Shown here: in pieces, positions 1 to 10,092 of the stretch | Layout: every line of letters begins with the position of its first letter | Position numbering within the stretch: position 1 is the stretch's first letter | NCBI GenBank assembly: GCA_944363665.1 | Contig: CALVUS010000001.1 | Location: 1-52,462, forward strand | DNA from: an uncultured Bacilli bacterium | GTDB taxonomy: Bacteria; Bacillota_I; Bacilli_A; RF39; UBA660 | Direction: 5' to 3' | DNA: 52,462 bases | Notes under the pieces: generated by a model | What the model saw: the letters and a program-made list of their open reading frames with translations, nothing else | What the model was told of the DNA's origin: nothing | Databases searched by the model: none | Position numbers and translations under genes: made by a program

Positions 1-22
1 AAAAAATCAACCTTGCGGTTGA
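1..22 (-). terminator. Rho-independent terminator after the carboxypeptidase gene
   Basis: Minus-strand hairpin TCAACC-GCAA-GGTTGA (7-22) followed by T6 (rc of 1-6), 3 nt past the stop at 26. Confidence 0.6.
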
Positions 23-25
23 AAT

Positions 26-1189
26 TTATTTTCTTTTCTTCTTTCTAAACAAAAGTCTAATTATTAATGTAATTAGCAAAAAAATTACTATTATCCATAG
101 AATGGGGTTATAATACTCAATATCTTCATTAAGTATAACATCACTAGTATAAATAACATCATTATCATGTATTACTTGAATCGTTCCTAATTTGGTTCCT
201 TTTTCCGTTCCTTTTTCTATTTGAGTTACACCATCAAATACATATTCTAAATTTTCACTTGTTTTATTTTCTAAATATTGTATAACATTTTCTGTTACTA
301 CAATATTGTACTCTTTTTCTTTACTCCACATTATTGGAATACTAGCAATTATATCTCCTTTTTCTAAAATAGTTTGATAACTATAATTTTCATTATAATA
401 ATCATAAATAGTTAAAGAATCTAAAACTGCACTATATATCGGTTCTATTGATGATTTAATAACTACCAGCAAGTAATCAACATCATTTAAAGTAGTAATT
501 GATGCTAAGCATCGTCCTGCACCTTTTGTAAATCCACTTTTAGAACCTATAATTTTATCAATTTCTAAAAAGTCTTTATAAGGAGATAGTGTACTTTCTA
601 AATTAAGACCATTGGTAGTAGTATATTCTTTGGTAGTAAATATGCTTCTAAAAACTTCATTTTTTAAAGCATACTTTAATAAAATTGCTATATCATAAGC
701 AGTCGAATAATTATCAACATCATCTTTACCTATTGGATTAGAAAAACTTGTATTTTCCAGTCCAATTGTATCAGCCAAGGCATTCATTTGTAAAACAAAA
801 TCATCATACCCTAAAGTATTATTAACGATCGCATTTACAGCATCAGCTCCACTTGGTAATAAAATACCATAAAGCAAATCTAAATAAGTAACTTTGTCTC
901 CAACTTGAAATCCTGCTTTAGAATAACCATTAGTCCCCACAAAATCTTGAGATGTAATAGTAATGTAATCATTTAAATCATCAATATTATCAATTGCCAC
1001 TAAAGCCGTCATTATTTTAGTTAAACTAGCAATATTTGTTTGTTCTTGACTGTTTATTTCATATAAAATGGTATCATCATTTAAATTATAAAGAATAACA
1101 TTTTCGCCACTTATATCAAAGTTAGAAGCATATACATAAATAGGAAAACATAAAAAAAGAAAAATTAAAAATTTAAGACACTTTTTCAT
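26..1189 (-). CDS. Serine-type D-Ala-D-Ala carboxypeptidase (peptidase S11, PBP5-like), membrane anchored
   Basis: 387 aa; N-terminal signal peptide; SxxK (SLTK), SGxD-type (PSGADA) and KSG (KSGFT) penicillin-binding motifs; C-terminal TM helix plus KKKRK. Confidence 0.85.
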   Translation of the reverse strand: MKKCLKFLIFLFLCFPIYVYASNFDISGENVILYNLNDDTILYEINSQEQTNIASLTKIMTALVAIDNIDDLNDYITITSQDFVGTNGYSKAGFQVGDKVTYLDLLYGILLPSGADAVNAIVNNTLGYDDFVLQMNALADTIGLENTSFSNPIGKDDVDNYSTAYDIAILLKYALKNEVFRSIFTTKEYTTTNGLNLESTLSPYKDFLEIDKIIGSKSGFTKGAGRCLASITTLNDVDYLLVVIKSSIEPIYSAVLDSLTIYDYYNENYSYQTILEKGDIIASIPIMWSKEKEYNIVVTENVIQYLENKTSENLEYVFDGVTQIEKGTEKGTKLGTIQVIHDNDVIYTSDVILNEDIEYYNPILWIIVIFLLITLIIRLLFRKKKRK

Positions 1190-2573
1190 CTAATTCGTAT
1201 ATTGTCCCTTCTCTAGTGTCTTTTAAAACAATGCCTTGTTTTAATAAATTATCTCTTATTTCATCAGCCAATTTGTAATCTTTAACTTTTTTAGCATCAT
1301 CTCTTTTTTTTATCATTTCCATTATATAATCTTCATTTTGAGCTTTTTTTTCTTCTTTTTTTAATAAATCTAAACTAAAAACTTCATCCCATTTGCTAAT
1401 TAAATGATATTTAGTATCGTTATCTACATCACTTTTTAATAAGTCATAAAGTACTGTTAATGCATTAGCTGTATTTAAATCATCTTCTAGACAAATCTTA
1501 AATTTATTATTCCAAATATTATAAATCTCATCATTAACATTATCACCATATTTAATAGTACTCGTCTTATTTAGTAATTTTTTATAAGCATTTAAAGCAC
1601 CATCTAAAGCTTCATAAGAAAATACTAACTGACGACGATAATGACTCATCAAACACATAAATCTAAAGGCTAAAGGATTATATTCTTTTTCTTTTAAAAC
1701 ACTTACTGTAAGTATTGCCCCACTACTTTTACTCATTTTACCAGATTCATCGTTTAGATGTTCATTATGAAACCAATAATTGCACCATTTATGACCTAAA
1801 TATGCTTCACTTTGAGCTATTTCATTAGTATGATGAGGAAAGATATTATCTACTCCACCACCATGAATATCTAAGTATTCTCCAAGAAATTTAATACTAA
1901 TACCAGTACATTCAATGTGCCATCCAGGATAACCTAATCCCCAAGGACTATCCCATTTTAATTCTTGATCCTCAAACTTTGATTTAGTGAACCATAAAAC
2001 AAAATCATTTTGATTTTTTTTAGCTTGATCTTCTTCAACACCAGCCCGTACTCCAACTACCATCTCATCAGCTTTATGATTAGTAAGTTTATAATAATCA
2101 TCTAATTTTGTTGTATCAAAATAAATATTGCCTCCTGATTTATAGGCATATCCAGTTTCCAATAATTTGGTAATTATTTTTATATATTCAGCAATATTTG
2201 CTGTTGCAGGACTTACTATATCAGGCATACGATTATTTAATAATTCAAAATCTCTAAAAAAAGCATCGGTATAAAATCTAGCTATATCCATAACTGTTTT
2301 ATGCTCTTTTTTAGCACTTTTAACCATTTTATCATCACCAGAATCAGAGTCACTAGTTAAATGTCCTACATCAGTAATATTCATAACTCTTTTAACATTA
2401 TATCCTAAATATCGTAAAGTTTTATCTAAAATGTCATGCCCAATATAGTTGCGCATATTGCCAATATGAGCATAATGATAAACCGTTGGTCCACAAGTAT
2501 AAAAGCTTACACAATCTTCATTCCAAGGAACAAAATCTTCTACTTGTCTAGTTAATGTATTATATATTTTCAT
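1173..2573 (-). CDS. cysS: Cysteinyl-tRNA synthetase
   Basis: 466 aa; class I aaRS HIGH-type motif (HYAHIGNMR) and KMSKS; length and layout typical of CysRS; AAGGAG RBS upstream. Confidence 0.95.
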   Translation of the reverse strand: MKIYNTLTRQVEDFVPWNEDCVSFYTCGPTVYHYAHIGNMRNYIGHDILDKTLRYLGYNVKRVMNITDVGHLTSDSDSGDDKMVKSAKKEHKTVMDIARFYTDAFFRDFELLNNRMPDIVSPATANIAEYIKIITKLLETGYAYKSGGNIYFDTTKLDDYYKLTNHKADEMVVGVRAGVEEDQAKKNQNDFVLWFTKSKFEDQELKWDSPWGLGYPGWHIECTGISIKFLGEYLDIHGGGVDNIFPHHTNEIAQSEAYLGHKWCNYWFHNEHLNDESGKMSKSSGAILTVSVLKEKEYNPLAFRFMCLMSHYRRQLVFSYEALDGALNAYKKLLNKTSTIKYGDNVNDEIYNIWNNKFKICLEDDLNTANALTVLYDLLKSDVDNDTKYHLISKWDEVFSLDLLKKEEKKAQNEDYIMEMIKKRDDAKKVKDYKLADEIRDNLLKQGIVLKDTREGTIYELDEKVS

Positions 2574-2589
2574 AATTTAATTCTCCTTG

Positions 2590-2973
2590 TTATTTTTTTG
2601 TAACTTCCAATGTAGCACCTTTTTCATCTACTCTGATAAGTTCAACTGCATAATCAGTATCCTTGACTGTTTTTTTACTTTCTTCTAAAGTACCTAGTTT
2701 AATATATGCAATTTCATGTTCGTTCATAATTAAAAACTTAACAACATCTTGGCCTTCATAATCGCAATTATTATCTAAACACTTATTTTCATCGATTGCT
2801 AATAATTTTAATGTAACTTCATCTCCTATTACCGCATAATCCATCTCTTGTAAAGTAAAATATTTAGCAAATTCAGTATTTACTTTTTGACAATCAAAGA
2901 AAAATTTGTAAATTCCAAAAACTATTAATCCTACCAGCAGTAACCCCAAAATTATTCTAATTATTTTTTTCAT
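2590..2973 (-). CDS. Hypothetical membrane-anchored protein
   Basis: 127 aa; single N-terminal TM helix; ATGA-type start/stop overlap with gltX indicates translational coupling; no recognisable motif. Confidence 0.6.
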   Translation of the reverse strand: MKKIIRIILGLLLVGLIVFGIYKFFFDCQKVNTEFAKYFTLQEMDYAVIGDEVTLKLLAIDENKCLDNNCDYEGQDVVKFLIMNEHEIAYIKLGTLEESKKTVKDTDYAVELIRVDEKGATLEVTKK

Positions 2974-4391
2974 TTATTAATCCTATCCAAAATCGTATTT
3001 TTTCCAATTAAATATAGAGTATCTGCTAGTTCTGGTCCATGCATAAAACCACTAGCCACAATTCTTATTGGCATGTAAAGTAATTTACCTTTTACACCCA
3101 AATTATTTTTAACATTATTTATTGCATTATTGATATTAGCTATTTGCCAATCATCAATATTAGCTATTTCTTTACTATATTCTTCTAATATAGCTGGTAT
3201 TTTTTCATCACTTTTTAAAAATTCCATTTCTTCTTCATCTAAAGATATATCTTTTATAAAAAAATTTTTAGTTACTTCATTTATTTGTTCACCATAGTTT
3301 AAATGATCTTTATAAATCAATAATAATTTATCTAACCAGACTTCATCTTTATCACTGACATCTTGTTTAAAATATTTTTTTATCCAGTCTAAATACTTGT
3401 CATCTTCCAGTTTAGTTATATATTGATGATTAAACCATTCTAATTTTTTGACATCATATTGACTAGATGATTTACTTATTCTTGACTCATCAAAATTAGC
3501 AATTAATTCTTCCATACTGAACAATTCTTGATTATTATTAGGACTCCAACCAAGTAAACTTAAATAATTAACAATAGCTTCTGGTAGAAAACCAACATTA
3601 TATAAATCCATAAATGATGCATCACCATTTCGTTTAGAAAGCTTATTACCATCTTCTCCAAGAACCATGGCAACATGAGCATAAATTGGCTTTTCCCAAC
3701 CAAATGCTTCATATAACAAGTTATATTTAGCAGTTTGATCTAAATATTCTTTTCCGCGAATTACATGGGTAATTGCCATTAAATGATCATCTACTACATT
3801 AGCAAAATTATATGTTGGAAGACCATCACTTTTTAGAAGTATTTGATCATCTAAAATACTATTGTCAATTTTTATTTTACCATATACTAAATCTTCTACA
3901 ATAGTTACACCAGTTTTAGGCATTTTTTGCCTAATTACATATGGTACTCCATTTTTTAAATTTTCAGCTATTTTTTCGGCACTTAAATGACTACATCTAC
4001 CATCATATAAAAATGGTCTTTTACGTGCTGCTGCTTTTTTTCGCATTTCTTCTAATTCTTCTTCTTTACAAAAGCAATAATATGCTTTTCCTTTTTCCAC
4101 TAATTCTAAAGCATATTTTTTATAAATATCTTTTCTTTCACTTTGAATATAAGGTCCATATCCCTTTTCGTTCATTGGTCCTTCATCAATCTTAAAATTA
4201 CAAAGCTCTAAAGTTTTATAAATAAATTCAATTGCTCCAGGTACTGCTCTTTCTTGATCAGTGTCTTCAATTCTTAGTATAAAATCTCCATTATATTTTT
4301 TTGCTAATAAATATTCAAATATAGCTGTCCTTAAATTTCCTATATGCATATATCCAGTTGGACTAGGGGCAAAACGTGTTCTTACTTTCAT
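2970..4391 (-). CDS. gltX: Glutamyl-tRNA synthetase
   Basis: 473 aa; RFAPSPTGYMHIGNLRTA (HIGH region) and KLSKR (KMSKS variant) characteristic of GluRS; TGA stop. Confidence 0.95.
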   Translation of the reverse strand: MKVRTRFAPSPTGYMHIGNLRTAIFEYLLAKKYNGDFILRIEDTDQERAVPGAIEFIYKTLELCNFKIDEGPMNEKGYGPYIQSERKDIYKKYALELVEKGKAYYCFCKEEELEEMRKKAAARKRPFLYDGRCSHLSAEKIAENLKNGVPYVIRQKMPKTGVTIVEDLVYGKIKIDNSILDDQILLKSDGLPTYNFANVVDDHLMAITHVIRGKEYLDQTAKYNLLYEAFGWEKPIYAHVAMVLGEDGNKLSKRNGDASFMDLYNVGFLPEAIVNYLSLLGWSPNNNQELFSMEELIANFDESRISKSSSQYDVKKLEWFNHQYITKLEDDKYLDWIKKYFKQDVSDKDEVWLDKLLLIYKDHLNYGEQINEVTKNFFIKDISLDEEEMEFLKSDEKIPAILEEYSKEIANIDDWQIANINNAINNVKNNLGVKGKLLYMPIRIVASGFMHGPELADTLYLIGKNTILDRINK

Positions 4392-4433
4392 AACTTCAAC
4401 TCCTATCTTATTTTATCAAATTATTGATTTTTA

Positions 4434-5279
4434 TTAAATATATTTTTGTAATGTTTGTTGTAAATATGTTGCTTTTGCTGCCAAATTGGGATATTTATAT
4501 AAATTTATCCCTAAACATAAATATTCAAATATTCGTGCTCGATCTTCCATAGCACTACTACGAGCATAATTATCAATAAAATATACTTCCGAATAATATT
4601 TATTACCATCGATAGTATCCGAAAAAATTTGATTTGTGTAAAAAGTTTGTGAATAACTAAAGTCTTTAGGGTTTAAACTATCCCATTCAACAAAAAATTC
4701 GTTATGCATTTTTAAATATTCTTCAATTGCATGCATCGTTTCATGAAAGGCAATATTAACAATATTTTCATTACTATTTACTTTAATAATTATCATATAT
4801 TTATTACTTTTTTTAAAAAATAAACCAACAATATCTGCATTATTAGAATCTGCTTTATCTTTATTTTTTATTTCACTAACTAGGTATATTTCTAATCCTT
4901 GCATATTATATTTATAAAAATTATTAAACAAATCACTACCTAAAGTACTAAAATAGGTTCCTAATTGATTTAAAGAACTTATAATAACATTACTATTTTT
5001 TATTGTTTCTAATTGATAACTAATATTTAAGTTTTCTGCTATATCGTAAACGTTTATATTAACATTATAATTTTCTTTATAATAATTTAATTGATCACTT
5101 ATAATATTAGTATCTTCATTAATACTTCTACTTACACTAGCCATATCTAAATATGTAGTATCAACATTTTCAGAATTTATTTCTGTATTTATTGTTAATA
5201 AATCACTACTTATCAACAATAAAGCTATAAATATAAGTGAAAACAGCAAAACTAATTCATTACTTTTTTTCATTTTCAA
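4434..5279 (-). CDS. Membrane-anchored protein with HExxH motif (putative zinc metallopeptidase-like)
   Basis: 281 aa; N-terminal TM helix; HETMH motif followed by a downstream conserved-looking E/D (MEDRARIFEY); family not identified. Confidence 0.45.
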   Translation of the reverse strand: MKMKKSNELVLLFSLIFIALLLISSDLLTINTEINSENVDTTYLDMASVSRSINEDTNIISDQLNYYKENYNVNINVYDIAENLNISYQLETIKNSNVIISSLNQLGTYFSTLGSDLFNNFYKYNMQGLEIYLVSEIKNKDKADSNNADIVGLFFKKSNKYMIIIKVNSNENIVNIAFHETMHAIEEYLKMHNEFFVEWDSLNPKDFSYSQTFYTNQIFSDTIDGNKYYSEVYFIDNYARSSAMEDRARIFEYLCLGINLYKYPNLAAKATYLQQTLQKYI

Positions 5280-5321
5280 CTCACCATAGCTAGTATACTA
5301 ACATGAAATTTTTGGCAAGTC

Positions 5322-5344
5322 AAAAAAAATCGCGTTAAGCGATT
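5322..5344 (-). terminator. Rho-independent terminator after trxB
   Basis: Minus-strand AATCGC-TTAAC-GCGATT hairpin overlapping the trxB stop, followed by T8 (rc of A8 at 5322-5329). Confidence 0.65.
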
Positions 5345-6218
5345 AATTCATATTATATATGACTCTAGCCCCATCAGATGTTGCTGTTACTAATTGATAT
5401 ACGTCTTTTTGGATAATGTCACCAATTGCATATACATCTTTAATTGGAGTTTGCAATTTATCGTTTACTATTATATATCCATTATCATCTAAAATTGATT
5501 TATCAACTATTTCTGTTGCTGGTCTATAACCAATATATATAAATACTCCTGCAACATTTAAATTTTTTCCATTATCTAAAGTTATAGATTCTAGCTTTTC
5601 ATCTTTAGTATTATATTTTTTTATATTGGCATTATATATTATTTCTACTTTAGGATTATTTTTAATTTGTTCAACTAATAATTCCTCTCCTCTAAAGCCA
5701 TCTCTTCTATTTATGAGATAAATCTTTTTTGCGATGTTAGATAAATACATAGTTTCTTGTAAAGCACTATTACCAGTTCCAACTACAGCTATATCTTTAT
5801 CTTTATAAAAAAATGCATCACACATGGCACAAGTAGATAATCCTCTTCCTAATAAATCATCTTCATTATCTAAACCTAAAAATTTTGGTTTTCTACCCAT
5901 AGCTAGAATCACTTTTTGAGTTTTATATTCATTATTAATTGTTTTAATTGTCTTTACTTTACTTTGTAAATCAAGAGATATAACCTCTTCTAAAATATAA
6001 GGTATTTCCATAGATTCGACTTGTTCCAATAATTTTTGGGCAAAATCAGGACCAGTTATATCCTTCAATCCTGGATAATTACTGATTAAATCTATATTAT
6101 TAAGTAAGCCTCCTGGCATTCCTTTATCAATTAATAATACTTTCTTATTGCTCCTTTTGGCATAAATAGCTGCTGTAATACCGCTAATGCCCATGCCAAC
6201 AATTATTATATCATACAT
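5343..6218 (-). CDS. trxB: Thioredoxin-disulfide reductase
   Basis: 291 aa; N-terminal FAD GxGxxG (VGMGISG), redox CxxC (CAMC) followed by the NADPH-binding GTGNSA. Confidence 0.85.
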   Translation of the reverse strand: MYDIIIVGMGISGITAAIYAKRSNKKVLLIDKGMPGGLLNNIDLISNYPGLKDITGPDFAQKLLEQVESMEIPYILEEVISLDLQSKVKTIKTINNEYKTQKVILAMGRKPKFLGLDNEDDLLGRGLSTCAMCDAFFYKDKDIAVVGTGNSALQETMYLSNIAKKIYLINRRDGFRGEELLVEQIKNNPKVEIIYNANIKKYNTKDEKLESITLDNGKNLNVAGVFIYIGYRPATEIVDKSILDDNGYIIVNDKLQTPIKDVYAIGDIIQKDVYQLVTATSDGARVIYNMN

Positions 6219-6229
6219 AAATAGCCTCC

Positions 6230-7039
6230 TTAAAATCTGACAGTTTGATTTTCATCTTGATTATACAAATCTTCATAACGACCTTTACGACTGGTAATCA
6301 TTATTATTATTACCCCAATTACAATCATTATAACTGAAACTATTTGAGCGACTTTAAACCCACCAAGCATTAAAGAATCAGTCCGCATCGATTCAATAAA
6401 GAAACGAATTAAACCATACCACATTAAATAAATTGCTGTTGGTTGGCCAACTTTAGTTATTTTAAGACGACGTACAATTAATATAATTATTAATCCTACT
6501 AAACATAATAATGATTCATATAAAAATGTCGGTTCATAATATATTCCGCCAATATTCATACCTTCGATTATAAAATTGGGAATATGTAGATTTTGTAAAT
6601 GAGTCAGAGTTGTTGCTGCTCCATGTGCTTCTTGATTAAAAAAGTTTCCCCATCTGCCAATAGCCTGTGCTAATAATAATGCTGGAACAATAAAATCTAA
6701 AAAACGAATAGTTCTTACTTTATACTTTTTACAATATAAAATACAGGTAATAAGGCCAAAAATTATGCCTCCATGAATGGCTAATCCACCTTCCCATATT
6801 TTAAATATATCCCAAAAGTTTGAATATAATTCTAAATTAAACAAAACATAATATATTCTAGCACCAATTATACCAACAATAATCGACCAAAAACACAAAT
6901 TAAAGGCAAAATCAGTAGGATAATTATATCTTTTAGCTTCTCTTATTATCATTATTATCGCAATGATGGCTCCAATTACTATTAGCAATGAATACCATTC
7001 AATTTTAACATTACCTATACTAAAAATATATCGATCCAT
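6230..7039 (-). CDS. lgt: Prolipoprotein diacylglyceryl transferase
   Basis: 269 aa polytopic; GGLAIHGG and GRWGNFFNQEAHG signature blocks of Lgt. Confidence 0.9.
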   Translation of the reverse strand: MDRYIFSIGNVKIEWYSLLIVIGAIIAIIMIIREAKRYNYPTDFAFNLCFWSIIVGIIGARIYYVLFNLELYSNFWDIFKIWEGGLAIHGGIIFGLITCILYCKKYKVRTIRFLDFIVPALLLAQAIGRWGNFFNQEAHGAATTLTHLQNLHIPNFIIEGMNIGGIYYEPTFLYESLLCLVGLIIILIVRRLKITKVGQPTAIYLMWYGLIRFFIESMRTDSLMLGGFKVAQIVSVIMIVIGVIIIMITSRKGRYEDLYNQDENQTVRF

Positions 7040-7062
7040 TAATCGTCCTCCCTATAATATTA

Positions 7063-9870
7063 TTATAGCATCTTTTTTAAGAATTCTCCAGTATAAGATT
7101 TAGTACATTTTGCCACTTCTTCTGGTGTTCCTGTTGTAACAATTTTTCCACCGTTTTTGCCACCATCAGGGCCTAAATCAATAATATAATCGGCAACTTT
7201 TATAACATCTAAATTATGTTCTATAACTATAACTGTATCCCCATTATCTACAATTCGATTTAATATTTCCAATAATTTTTTTATATCATCTGTATGTAAT
7301 CCCGTTGTTGGTTCATCCAAAATAAATAAGGATTTCCCAGTTGCCTTTTTTTGCAATTCTTTAGCTAGTTTAACTCGGCCAGCTTCACCACCAGATAATG
7401 TTGGTGCTGATTGACCTAATTTAATATAGGAAAGGCCGACATCCATCATAACTTTTAATTTATTATATATTTTCGGAACATTTTGAAAAAACTCAATAGC
7501 TTCACTAACTCGCATATCTAAAACTTCACTAATATTTTTTCCTTTATATTTTATTTCTAAAGTTTCTTTATTATATCTTTTTCCTTTACAAACATCACAA
7601 GGTACATATACATCTGCTAAAAAGTGCATTTCAATTTTTTTTACTCCATCGCCCCAACAATTTTCACATCTTCCACCTTTAACATTGAAAGAAAACCGAC
7701 TTTTATCATATCCACGTAATTTAGCTTCTTTGGTGCTAGCATATAAATCTCTTATATCATCAAATACTCCGACATAAGTTGCAGGATTACTTCTTGGAGT
7801 TCTCCCAATAGCATCTTGAGTAATTTGCACTACTTTATCAATGTTTTCAAGCCCCGTAACTTCTTTACATTTTCCTGGTACAACTTTACTTCGATATAAT
7901 TTATTGGCTAATGTTTTATATAAAACTTCATTTATTAAAGAAGATTTCCCAGAACCAGATACACCAGTTATACATACAAATTTATTTAATGGTATATCTA
8001 CTGAAACATTTTTTAAATTATTTTCTTTAGCACCCTTAATACTAATTTTTAAACCATTTCCCTTTCTTCTAGTTTTTGGAACTGCAATTTTTTCTATTCC
8101 ACTTAAATATCTTCCAGTTAAGCTTTCAGGATTATGCATAACTTCTTCTGGAGTACCAGCAGCCATAACTCGGCCTCCAAACTCTCCAGCACCAGGACCA
8201 ATATCTATTAAATAATCGGCTGCTAACATAGTATCAGTATCATGTTCAACAACAATTAAAGAATTACCTAAATCTCGCATTTCTTTTAATGAATTAATAA
8301 GCTTTTCATTATCTTTTTGATGTAAACCGATACTAGGTTCATCCAAAACATATAAAACACCTGATAAATGTGAACCAATTTGAGTTGCTAGTCTAATTCT
8401 TTGAGCTTCTCCACCTGATAAAGTACCAGCACTACGAGTAAGAGTTAAATAAGAAAGACCTACATTATTTAAAAACTCTAATCTAGAAATAATTTCTTTT
8501 AAAATTAAACCACTAATCTCTTTTTCTTCGTTTGTTAATTTTAATTTTTTAACAAATTCTAATAAATCACCGATTGACATGTCAGTCATATCGTAAATGT
8601 TTTTCCCATTAATGTAAACCGATAAAACGGATTTTTGTAATCTTTTACCTTTACAAACTGGGCATTCAGTTTCAACCATGAATCCTGCTAACCAATCTCT
8701 AATCCAACCACTTTTAGTTTCGATATATCTTCTTTCTAATGCTGGTATAACACCTTCATAACTACTTTTAGTATTTCTAGTATTACCATTTTTAGATACA
8801 TAATTAAATTCCATTATTTCATCAGTTCCATATAATATATAGTCCAACTTTTCTCTCGGTATATCTTTTAGTGGCAGATTCATGTCAATATCATAATGTT
8901 TACACACAGTTTCTATTTGTGTAAAATAAGTGGTTGAATCCATACTTATGGCAGTTATCCCACCATCGATTATTGATTTATCCCAATTGGGAATAAGTAA
9001 ATCTTCACTTATTTTTAATTTAGTACCAAGTCCTTTACACTCAGGACATGCTCCGTATGGAGCATTAAATGAAAATATTCGTGGTTCTAATTCCGGCATT
9101 GAAAAATTACATTTAACACATGCATATTTTTCACTCATTAAAATTTCTTCATCATCTACTAAAATTACCACTTTTCCATCTGCTTTTTTAGTGGATGCTT
9201 CAATTGCTTCAAATATACGGCTTCTTTCCGCATCATCAACGGTAATTTTATCCATGACAATATCAATATTATCTTTTTTATTTTTTTCTAATATTATTTC
9301 ATCATGTAAACTAACTATTTTTCCATTAACACGAACTTTAGAATATCCTTCTTTTCTAAGTTCATCAAATAAGTCTTTATGAGTTCCTTTTTCGCCATGG
9401 ACAATAGGGGATAAAATTGTCACAGTCTTTCCTATATACTCCATAACTTTATTAGTCATCTCTTCAATACTTTGACTAGTTATAGGAATTTTATGATTCG
9501 GACAATATGGAATACCTATACGAGCAAATAATAATCGTAGATAATCATATATTTCTGTAATAGTACCTACTGTTGAACGCGGATTTTTATTCGTCGATTT
9601 TTGATCTATAGAAATAGAGGGACTTAATCCTTCAATTGAATCAACATCAGGTTTTTCATTAACTCCAATAAACTGCCGAGCATAAGCTGATAATGATTCA
9701 ACATATCTTCTTTGACCTTCGGCATAAATTGTATCAAAAGCTAAACTGCTTTTACCACTTCCAGATACTCCAGTCATAACTACTAATTTATTTTTAGGAA
9801 TTTCTAAATCAATATTTTTTAAATTATTTTCTCTTGCTCCCTTAATTATTATTTTATCTATATTTGCCAT
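7063..9870 (-). CDS. uvrA: Excinuclease ABC subunit A
   Basis: 935 aa; two ABC modules (Walker A GVSGSGKSS twice, LSGGE signature twice) and CxxC zinc modules; AAGGAGG RBS. Confidence 0.97.
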   Translation of the reverse strand: MANIDKIIIKGARENNLKNIDLEIPKNKLVVMTGVSGSGKSSLAFDTIYAEGQRRYVESLSAYARQFIGVNEKPDVDSIEGLSPSISIDQKSTNKNPRSTVGTITEIYDYLRLLFARIGIPYCPNHKIPITSQSIEEMTNKVMEYIGKTVTILSPIVHGEKGTHKDLFDELRKEGYSKVRVNGKIVSLHDEIILEKNKKDNIDIVMDKITVDDAERSRIFEAIEASTKKADGKVVILVDDEEILMSEKYACVKCNFSMPELEPRIFSFNAPYGACPECKGLGTKLKISEDLLIPNWDKSIIDGGITAISMDSTTYFTQIETVCKHYDIDMNLPLKDIPREKLDYILYGTDEIMEFNYVSKNGNTRNTKSSYEGVIPALERRYIETKSGWIRDWLAGFMVETECPVCKGKRLQKSVLSVYINGKNIYDMTDMSIGDLLEFVKKLKLTNEEKEISGLILKEIISRLEFLNNVGLSYLTLTRSAGTLSGGEAQRIRLATQIGSHLSGVLYVLDEPSIGLHQKDNEKLINSLKEMRDLGNSLIVVEHDTDTMLAADYLIDIGPGAGEFGGRVMAAGTPEEVMHNPESLTGRYLSGIEKIAVPKTRRKGNGLKISIKGAKENNLKNVSVDIPLNKFVCITGVSGSGKSSLINEVLYKTLANKLYRSKVVPGKCKEVTGLENIDKVVQITQDAIGRTPRSNPATYVGVFDDIRDLYASTKEAKLRGYDKSRFSFNVKGGRCENCWGDGVKKIEMHFLADVYVPCDVCKGKRYNKETLEIKYKGKNISEVLDMRVSEAIEFFQNVPKIYNKLKVMMDVGLSYIKLGQSAPTLSGGEAGRVKLAKELQKKATGKSLFILDEPTTGLHTDDIKKLLEILNRIVDNGDTVIVIEHNLDVIKVADYIIDLGPDGGKNGGKIVTTGTPEEVAKCTKSYTGEFLKKML

Positions 9871-9928
9871 TGTATTCCTCCTTAAGCATTAAATATTCTA
9901 TCATATTTTAAAATTAAAATACATAAAT

Positions 9929-9957
9929 AATTTACACCAAACTATAGTTTGTGTCAA
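9929..9957 (-). promoter_or_regulatory. uvrA promoter TTGACA-N17-TAAATT with a LexA-box-like palindrome CAAAC-TATA-GTTTG (9938-9951) filling the spacer
   Basis: Read on the minus strand: -35 = rc of 9952-9957, -10 = rc of 9929-9934; perfect 14-bp palindrome with the 5-4-5 geometry of the Firmicute Cheo box CGAAC-N4-GTTCG. Confidence 0.55.
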
Positions 9958-10015
9958 TAAAATTATTTTTTTGACAAATTTATCGTAAAATAGTTATGTA
10001 GCACAAAATATCAGT

Positions 10016-10044
10016 TTGACAAAAAATGATAATTATGCTAAAAT
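10016..10044 (+). promoter_or_regulatory. Sigma-A type promoter TTGACA-N17-(TGc)TAAAAT for the 10093 gene
   Basis: Consensus -35 at 10016-10021, 17-nt spacer, extended -10 TGCTAAAAT ending at 10044; RBS AAAGGGGG at 10078-10085. Confidence 0.6.
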
Positions 10045-10092
10045 ATAGGCGATTTAAAAGATATATTTTTGCTATGTAAAGGGGGTACTAAT

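Noticed and set aside
2970-2973. Mollicutes-type genetic code (UGA = Trp), suggested by the very low GC content
   Set aside because: TGA terminates gltX in an ATGA overlap, all long ORFs are intact under code 11, and Trp is encoded by TGG, so the code is standard.
3941-4195. 84-aa plus-strand ORF inside gltX
   Set aside because: It is antisense to a motif-supported aaRS gene, has a low-complexity Leu/Phe-rich translation typical of AT-rich antisense frames, and has no RBS.
2574-4433. T-box leaders upstream of cysS or gltX
   Set aside because: The intergenic spaces are only 16 nt (2574-2589) and 42 nt (4392-4433), far too short for a T-box of about 200 nt. Any leuS leader would lie beyond 52462.
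7841-9382. Plus-strand ORFs 7841-8215 and 8930-9382 inside uvrA
   Set aside because: They are embedded antisense in a 935-aa gene with unambiguous ABC motifs, and their Ser/Leu/Ile-rich translations have no recognisable features.
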